Positions 41,601 to 47,196 of a stretch of 64,000 nucleotides of DNA are shown here, one piece after another. How positions within the stretch are numbered: the stretch's first letter is position 1; every line of letters begins with the position of its first letter. The stretch is from the NCBI GenBank assembly GCA_025055755.1, contig JANWWF010000001.1:151581-215580 (forward strand), written 5' to 3'. The notes beneath the pieces were generated by a model, which was given only the letters and a program-made list of their open reading frames with translations, searched no databases and had not been told where the DNA came from. Both the position numbers and the translations under genes were made by a program. This DNA comes from Candidatus Kapaibacterium sp. (lineage in GTDB: Bacteria; Bacteroidota; Ignavibacteria; Kapaibacteriales; NICIL-2).

Positions 41601-43915
41601 TTATTGCTTAATCGTTCGGGCTCCCAGCCGGCGACCTCAAGCGTTCGAGGAGCACCATGACCGATGTAGTTAACCCACCCAACGCCATTGTTGATTGCCC
41701 CAGTAATCGCCGCAGGAATAGGTTGATTGCCGGGAGTCCCGGCATATAAGGAGATCACCGTCGTATCCGCACAAAGCGCGCGCTGGTTAGTTTCCGCAAC
41801 AAGCGGCACAAGTGAATAAATGACGGACTCATAAAAATCCCGCTGCTCGTTTGCGTCTGCCCCACCTGTGATGAAAAGAAAATGCTTTTGCCACTGTTGC
41901 ATTGGCATGGTATCATGCTCGATAATTTTATTCACAACTGCATGCGCCTGTTCAAGCGTCTGTACAGGCAAACGTCCGACAGAAAAATGGGGTATTAGGT
42001 TGTCTTCCTCGAATAAGGCATACCACGTGTCACTGACTGGCTTCCCGTATGAAGGGATGAAATCCTCATTACTGGCGTTTGCAGTAACTCGGCGCGGATC
42101 CCAGCTGGCATCCCCCATCAAAACGACTGCTCGAATTTTTGGATTTTGCCAGTGAGTAAGCGCATAACGGAAGAATGCTTTAAGTGCATGCGGTGATTTT
42201 TCCCCTCTCCCAAAGGCATCGAAGATTTCCTGTACATCCACAACACGAGCTCGAACCGAATCTCGCAGAGAGCGATAGCGTGCAAGTCGTTCTGCAGCAG
42301 GACGGAACCTCGAGTGCGTGACGACGACATACTCTGCACTGTTGGTATCAGCAAAAAGCTGTGCCCCCGTGCACGGAGCAACACGAGCGCGCTCGATGGA
42401 CTGCATTCCTACTGCAATAATGCTATGGTGTCCATCTCTGAGAGGAAATGACACAGCATAGGTATTCCCCTGTGCAGTTGGAACCCACTGCGCAAGTACA
42501 GCGCGGCCATTACCCACTTGCTCTTTCAGAGAAGCTGGATTTCCCCGGATGCCAACAGCAATGTATGAATCTCCATTTGCTACAGTAGCAATCCGAGTGC
42601 TGCCCTCAGAGGTAAGTCGAGTGCGGAGTTGACCGTCAACGTATCTTCCATCAGTTATGGTTACGGCATAGGGAGTCTCCATGGGTAATGCCCCAATGAA
42701 AGCAGCAACTGCGCTCGGACTGTTGTCAGCGTAATACTGCAATTGTTTTTGCTCATCGAGCCAGGCCACAACAAGAGGATATCGTCCAAGTATGATAGCG
42801 GTATCTCCCAAACAAATACTGATGCGCTGAGGCAGTGCCCGAACTGCAATGCGGTACATAATCCCCCGTTCTCCATTTCGGCGAGACCAGCGAAGCGCCG
42901 ACGAATCAAGCATGATAACAGTCGGCGAGGAGAAATTGTACACGATCAAACGCTCCACCTGCTCAGTAGTACAGGTTCCTGAAAGGTAATCTGAATCCGC
43001 AACGGCTAACTCTCGCCCCGTGGTTGTAATGTAGTCTATAGCCTGCGCAGCGGTAGTATTTGCAAGGTTGCGAAAGGTAAGGGAATCAACCAAGCATCCA
43101 TCTCGAGAGGGATAAAGAGTAAATCTCAAGATTGTATCCCGTGGTCCATCATACAGTGCCGTGTCACGGATAGTCCCTCCATACCAAAGGTGCAATCTAT
43201 TATCAGGGTGAGTGTATACATCGTCGCTGATAGAGGAAAGGACAAGCGTTATTTCTACACTATCTCTTCCGTTAGGATCAGGAGTCAAACGCAAGAGTGT
43301 ACTAAAGGGACGCAGAGGATAGGTCACCATCCACACCCAACGCTCCCCTGGTACTGTTTCTGTCACAAAGGTAGAATTGATTTGTGTATATCGGTTATTA
43401 TCGAGCCATCCTTGCACATACTCGTGTTCTTGTTCAATATGACGTTGAATAACCAGATGTTGCCTAAGGGGAAGAACACCGACTGGCAGGCTATCAAGAA
43501 GGTAGCGCTTCGGTTCAATTAAATCGTCATACCACACCTCGAATGCAGCTAATGAAGAATAGGCGTTAAAGTACGTAGTGTCGCCCTCGGGATGGGTACT
43601 TGCAAAAAACAGGGTATCAACCTCGTTGAGTATGCCGTCAGAGTCCACAAAAGCAATAGGAATTGTTTTCCCCCTCCGCCTCAAATGTAAACCATGGCTC
43701 GATTTCCCCTCTAAAAATGGAATTATCTCTAATAAATCTCGCAGGGGAAGATATGCAATGCCATCGTGCTGGGTAAACACGTATGCCAGAGGTATAGTTG
43801 CAGTTTCTTGAGTCTGGGTAAGTTGATCATCCGTTGCATTAACGACGGATGAGCAGAGTATGTAAAAGCAACCTATCTTAATTCCCAATTGGAGCAATTG
43901 GTGTTGCTTTAGCAT
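38693..43915 (-). CDS. Large C25-family cysteine peptidase (PorU/PorU2-like) with a T9SS C-terminal domain
   Basis: VDVQEIFDAFG, LMGDASWD, SDTWY, VGRLPV, catalytic YIGHG and FSC, LLGDP. C-terminal IPNP...SGVYYWRV. Confidence 0.85.
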   Translation of the reverse strand: MLKQHQLLQLGIKIGCFYILCSSVVNATDDQLTQTQETATIPLAYVFTQHDGIAYLPLRDLLEIIPFLEGKSSHGLHLRRRGKTIPIAFVDSDGILNEVDTLFFASTHPEGDTTYFNAYSSLAAFEVWYDDLIEPKRYLLDSLPVGVLPLRQHLVIQRHIEQEHEYVQGWLDNNRYTQINSTFVTETVPGERWVWMVTYPLRPFSTLLRLTPDPNGRDSVEITLVLSSISDDVYTHPDNRLHLWYGGTIRDTALYDGPRDTILRFTLYPSRDGCLVDSLTFRNLANTTAAQAIDYITTTGRELAVADSDYLSGTCTTEQVERLIVYNFSSPTVIMLDSSALRWSRRNGERGIMYRIAVRALPQRISICLGDTAIILGRYPLVVAWLDEQKQLQYYADNSPSAVAAFIGALPMETPYAVTITDGRYVDGQLRTRLTSEGSTRIATVANGDSYIAVGIRGNPASLKEQVGNGRAVLAQWVPTAQGNTYAVSFPLRDGHHSIIAVGMQSIERARVAPCTGAQLFADTNSAEYVVVTHSRFRPAAERLARYRSLRDSVRARVVDVQEIFDAFGRGEKSPHALKAFFRYALTHWQNPKIRAVVLMGDASWDPRRVTANASNEDFIPSYGKPVSDTWYALFEEDNLIPHFSVGRLPVQTLEQAHAVVNKIIEHDTMPMQQWQKHFLFITGGADANEQRDFYESVIYSLVPLVAETNQRALCADTTVISLYAGTPGNQPIPAAITGAINNGVGWVNYIGHGAPRTLEVAGWEPERLSNKGRYPVLASFSCQIGAFAEPSLQALGEEFLIRPNSGAVAVIATTGFGIRSYDDILNAGLFAVVARTPLRRVGEVLNAAKQYLSDGSQVAINTIMQTSLLGDPLTRIPIDTVAHPVLDDASILFRPIPAAPIITADLDSIRIEGVVFNAGVYEDTAIEVRVVRSYLDRRDTNVVLLHELCLPEGFSLSFPIRDMPGEHILHFEIDPLGRMGRRFPVLEKPLYVYAEQLYPVEPLHGWDIAAGNSIIRFLNPFSVQSPFTYQAFLVSAAGDTVMATDNSPVVEYRTHCEWRIPQTLQKGMEYTAFIRGYNTANQRWTPWLVVPVVVQDTVMPQTVTLWQGKAAGWSRSTTYGLSLDTTGGLIFRSQIAVELMSAGGYQYLDSDTVRVAIQPGYRLRLGGVNVASERNDEVGVHLAVVSSRDGSLKTVRWYATWTTTPVARSWGSIRELIGYLRDTVEQEDYVLLVSCGAAWGLQYAQYAQEFARVLSGFGATKVHLLTGTRSYLFVGMRSNRRPFVVEHIGSETPPALGDTLWAKFGLPLYLRDAELTLPVAGPAARWHAMHLDFQDGVPRVRVSVYGGQTPETTTTLLLSREETTLLLDSILAAEYPYLRLVCSFSRDSGDFNPYMLRRAAIQYTPKPEFAAVLDVLPDKPLRGDTVFIKGRVVNLVQRSGMSSTQVVWQLRSEDGTSVAVPTLPDTATMVLGDTTIALLVPTLSLPQRSLLQLSLPGQGDLYGFNNTVIAPFFVREDTQPPTIRAYANGRELGDTSSVPQRVTIECGLIDSAAVPISDRNTITLRLNGVRLPAGSVRYVFYSTDSAALQPRWRATPLIRAAVETEVELERGTNVLLVNARDAFGNTTTAQYVLVVHGGLSLDSAFVIPNPAGESEQIELRITYRGFAYQSSAVFELYDALGRRVRSQTLDLRFGDNIVTLPLLDQTEGGTLKSGVYYWRVWLTDSTPEDARSGLLTIVR

Positions 43916-43934
43916 AGGCGGAGTTCATGGTGTC

Positions 43935-43942
43935 CAAACTTA
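43935..43942 (-). promoter_or_regulatory. Putative -7 promoter box TAAGTTTG upstream of the C25 peptidase
   Basis: TAnnTTTG about 20 nt upstream of the ATG, just downstream of the preceding terminator. Confidence 0.45.
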
Positions 43943-43981
43943 TAAGCATCACGACAAACGGCTGTTTGGATTGTATTGCTG

Positions 43982-44018
43982 AAAAAAACAAAGCGCTGGG
44001 GACCCTACCCCAGCGCTT
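43982..44018 (-). terminator. Rho-independent terminator
   Basis: Perfect 11-bp stem AAGCGCTGGGG/CCCCAGCGCTT with a 6-nt loop and a T-rich tail on the minus strand. Confidence 0.85.
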
Positions 44019-44040
44019 GAGCAGTGTTGGATGCAACAGA

Positions 44041-45369
44041 TTAGCGATTCAGCTGTTCTTTGAAACCGATTTTGAGGTTTTCTACAATAGCTTTACTGAT
44101 CTTTTCCCGCATTGCTTCATCGTTCGACAGATGTTGACTAATAGCCTCCTCCACGCGTCGCTTGATCATTTCGGAGGATTCGCCGATGAGTTTATCAACA
44201 AAGAGCCGTATGTCACGTTGTTGCTCTTGCAAAATGTCTAATTGGCTGCGACTTGCATCCTCCATTTTTTTCAGCATTTTGTCCATTCGCTCTTCTTCCT
44301 CTGTGTAAAGGAGCGTAAAAGCAAGAAGAACTAACATTGAGAACTCAAGAAAGATAGCCCCTAAAATCAACGAGGGTCGCGTAGGTGGTATGAACTTAAG
44401 ACCACGAATACCAACCGCCACAATCAACAATGCTGCCCCTCCGTAGGCAAGACCGGTAACGTTGTTTGAATACTGTTCAGTAAAGTGGTGTGCCATGTAA
44501 AGACGCAGAGCAGCGCCAATGCGGAAACGGTTACGCTGCCAGTTGAGCGCATCCTTGAGATCTTCAATACTCTTCTCAACAAACTCGCTGAAGTGCTCAC
44601 GGATGCGGATATATAGCAGGTTGTTCCGGAAAGCCACGGGATCAGTGTTTCTATCAAATACTTCGTCAAAAGAGACGGCATGGCGTTGTGATCCACCAAC
44701 TTCTTCTTCGGGTATCGTCCGATTCCAAACTATTCGGAAAGCCTCTACTATTCGGCGTCTGTCGGACTCTGCTAATGCTGCCAGCCGATCATCTGGCATG
44801 ACCAAAAGCTCAATGATATCTTCGGAAAACCCTGTTTGCAGCCGCACTTTCGCTTTATTATTGTGAATCTCCCTCTCTACCTTAAGAGACATTATCCCAA
44901 TGCTCGGTGGCAACACCAATGTTACCAACACGGCAATTACAAAGCCTATGTCCACAGAAAATATGATGAACCCTACATTCGGGTCGAGGTAAATTGGATC
45001 GTCTCCCAATTTTGGCGCCTTAACTACCCACTCGTCTGGAGCTTTGGTATAGCCGTGAACTTTCTCCTGTCGCGCTTTGTTTGTAAAGTCGAAAATGTAA
45101 TCAGGCTTTATGAATTCACGTTTGACTTCTTCCCCAATGTGCTTTTGCCCTTCTGCGGTTGGAACAGCCTTGACCCCGTTGAAATCAGCCAACTGCTCGC
45201 GTTCAGGTTTAAACTGGAAAATAACGAAGCCTTCGACCAGACGCACTAAAAGAAGTTTGTGAAAAATCGCTGCCGTTGCAAAAAAAATAGCAAAAAAGAC
45301 AACGTAGTGTACAACACTTGCTTTATATAGCGTATGTTCGGGCGCCTGAGGATTTGTCCGTGCATTCAT
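44041..45369 (-). CDS. Four-TM inner-membrane protein with a GldL/PorL-like C-terminal helix pair and coiled-coil tail
   Basis: Hydrophobic segments at about aa 19-42, 132-156, 304-324 and 333-355. SNNVTGLAYGGAALLIV...LEFSMLVLLAF resembles the GldL TM1/TM2 pair. The ORF is well supported (own promoter and terminator); the function is inference. Confidence 0.6.
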   Translation of the reverse strand: MNARTNPQAPEHTLYKASVVHYVVFFAIFFATAAIFHKLLLVRLVEGFVIFQFKPEREQLADFNGVKAVPTAEGQKHIGEEVKREFIKPDYIFDFTNKARQEKVHGYTKAPDEWVVKAPKLGDDPIYLDPNVGFIIFSVDIGFVIAVLVTLVLPPSIGIMSLKVEREIHNNKAKVRLQTGFSEDIIELLVMPDDRLAALAESDRRRIVEAFRIVWNRTIPEEEVGGSQRHAVSFDEVFDRNTDPVAFRNNLLYIRIREHFSEFVEKSIEDLKDALNWQRNRFRIGAALRLYMAHHFTEQYSNNVTGLAYGGAALLIVAVGIRGLKFIPPTRPSLILGAIFLEFSMLVLLAFTLLYTEEEERMDKMLKKMEDASRSQLDILQEQQRDIRLFVDKLIGESSEMIKRRVEEAISQHLSNDEAMREKISKAIVENLKIGFKEQLNR

Positions 45370-45443
45370 AGACAGCTATTCCTTCGACAATTGTACAATG
45401 AACCGGCACACTGCTGAACTCTTAGTGCCTCCAATAGGTGCGG

Positions 45444-45511
45444 CAAAAATAGTAACTACTTTTTTATTCGCAAACACTTTTTGTAAGCTATGGATAGCGC
45501 ACTTATTTTTG
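45444..45511. promoter_or_regulatory. Back-to-back Bacteroidota-type promoters (TTTG-N19/20-TATTTTTG on both strands)
   Basis: Minus: TTTG 45471-45474, 19 nt, TATTTTTG 45444-45451. Plus: TTTG 45480-45483, 20 nt, TATTTTTG 45504-45511. Confidence 0.65.
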
Positions 45512-45747
45512 CGTTTGTATGCGAGCGCAAACTCTGGTCGGTTCAACTGTCAAAAGAGAGCACGGTACCATCCGTGGCAGCTCGTTTATTAGCGCACACG
45601 CAATCCGTAACGCGCTCTTAGGGACACTCATCCTATCCAGCTTACCACACGTGGGTGTATAAGGGAGACTCAATCTCTCCTCATCACCGCCTTTCTCAAT
45701 ACACATTTCATCAAGTTCATCTGTGTTCAACGTGTTGTGCAGTGCTT

Positions 45748-47079
45748 ATGAAGCTAACACTTCTTCAACCATCCGACGTTCATCCCACATTACGGCAGCA
45801 TTTACTTGTAGATGGATTTGATTTAGTGCTTGATCTCGATCAAAGCGGCTGTGGATACTTTATTGATGCACGAAATGGAAAACGATACATTGACATGTTT
45901 TCTTGCTATGCTGCACTTCCCCTTTCCCTGAACCATCCGGACTTGCGAGATTCTGAATTTATCGAACAAATTGGAAAGATTGCTCTCCACAAGATTACAA
46001 ACTCTGATGTGTACACCGATGTGTATGCTACGTTTGTCGATACTCTTTTCCGCATCGCAATACCTCCCCAATTCAAATATGCCTTCTTTATTGAAGGCGG
46101 GGCACTTGCCAACGAAAATGCCTTAAAAGTTGCATTTGACTGGAAAGTAAGAAAAAACTTTCGAAAGGGATATACACGAGAGGTAGGCCACAAGATAATC
46201 CACTTCCGACAAGCGTTTCACGGTCGCAGTGGATACACTATGTCCCTGACAAATACTGACCCGATAAAGGTAGCATATTTTCCCAAATTCGACTGGCCCC
46301 GTATTATAAATCCCAAGCTTCGCTTTCCTTTGACTGAGGAATCCTTAGCACAAACAATTGCCGACGAAGAGCTGGCTATTCGTCAAATAAAAATGGCACT
46401 GCAAGAGCACGGAGATGACATCGCCGCAATCATCATCGAGCCAATTCAAGGAGAGGGCGGGGATAATCACTTCCGCGCTGAATTTCTTCAGCAGCTTCGG
46501 AGGATTTGTGACGACCATGAACTACTCCTGATCTTTGATGAGGTTCAGACTGGTGTTGGTATCACGGGCACATGGTGGGCTTTTCAACAGCTAAACGTAA
46601 TCCCAGATATTTTCAGCTTTGGAAAGAAAATGCAGGTTTGTGGGATCGCCGTTACAAACCGCATCGATGATATACCTGACAATGTATTCCATGTTCCCAG
46701 TCGTATCAATTCGACATGGGGTGGGAACATCGTCGACATGGCGCGTGCAACCGCATATCTCAAGATAATTGAACAGCGAAACTATTTAGAAAACGCACGA
46801 ATACAAGGGAAATATCTGCAAGACAACCTTATCAGACTAAGTCAGAATTTCCCACATCTTGTCAGCAACCCTCGTGGCCGAGGATTGTTCTGCGCATTCG
46901 ATCTGCCCTCGCCAGCAATACGACGGCAATTCTTGCAACGTTGTACTGAAGAAGGTCTTCTCTTGCTTGGAAGCGGTGAACAAAGTGTGCGCTTTCGCCC
47001 GACGTTAGACATTACGCAAGAACGTATTGCGGAAGCAATACACATTATCGAGAAAGTTCTAAGCAGCATGGTCGCATAG
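45748..47079 (+). CDS. lat: L-lysine 6-transaminase
   Basis: GGALANENALKVAFDWK, AFHGRSGYTMSLTNTDP, EPIQGEGGD, DEVQTG, FGKKMQVCG, SRINSTWGG. Start ATG 45748. Confidence 0.9.
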   Translation: MKLTLLQPSDVHPTLRQHLLVDGFDLVLDLDQSGCGYFIDARNGKRYIDMFSCYAALPLSLNHPDLRDSEFIEQIGKIALHKITNSDVYTDVYATFVDTLFRIAIPPQFKYAFFIEGGALANENALKVAFDWKVRKNFRKGYTREVGHKIIHFRQAFHGRSGYTMSLTNTDPIKVAYFPKFDWPRIINPKLRFPLTEESLAQTIADEELAIRQIKMALQEHGDDIAAIIIEPIQGEGGDNHFRAEFLQQLRRICDDHELLLIFDEVQTGVGITGTWWAFQQLNVIPDIFSFGKKMQVCGIAVTNRIDDIPDNVFHVPSRINSTWGGNIVDMARATAYLKIIEQRNYLENARIQGKYLQDNLIRLSQNFPHLVSNPRGRGLFCAFDLPSPAIRRQFLQRCTEEGLLLLGSGEQSVRFRPTLDITQERIAEAIHIIEKVLSSMVA

Positions 47080-47109
47080 CACCTTTTCGTGGTTCCTCCT
47101 CCATCCCCT

Positions 47110-47147
47110 GTGCCCTTTTGCCTCTGTGCAAGAGGGCACGCTTTTTT
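47110..47147 (+). terminator. Rho-independent terminator after lat
   Basis: GTGCCCTTTTGC...GCAAGAGGGCAC stem followed by T6. Confidence 0.75.
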
Positions 47148-47196
47148 ATGCAAGACAATGCTGTATTTTTTCAATGGAGCACATTGTTGCACTTTT

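Noticed and set aside
45512-45747. Canonical lysine (L-box) riboswitch upstream of lat
   Set aside because: The conserved AGAGGNGC start and long P1-P5 architecture are not recognisable; kept only as an unknown leader candidate.
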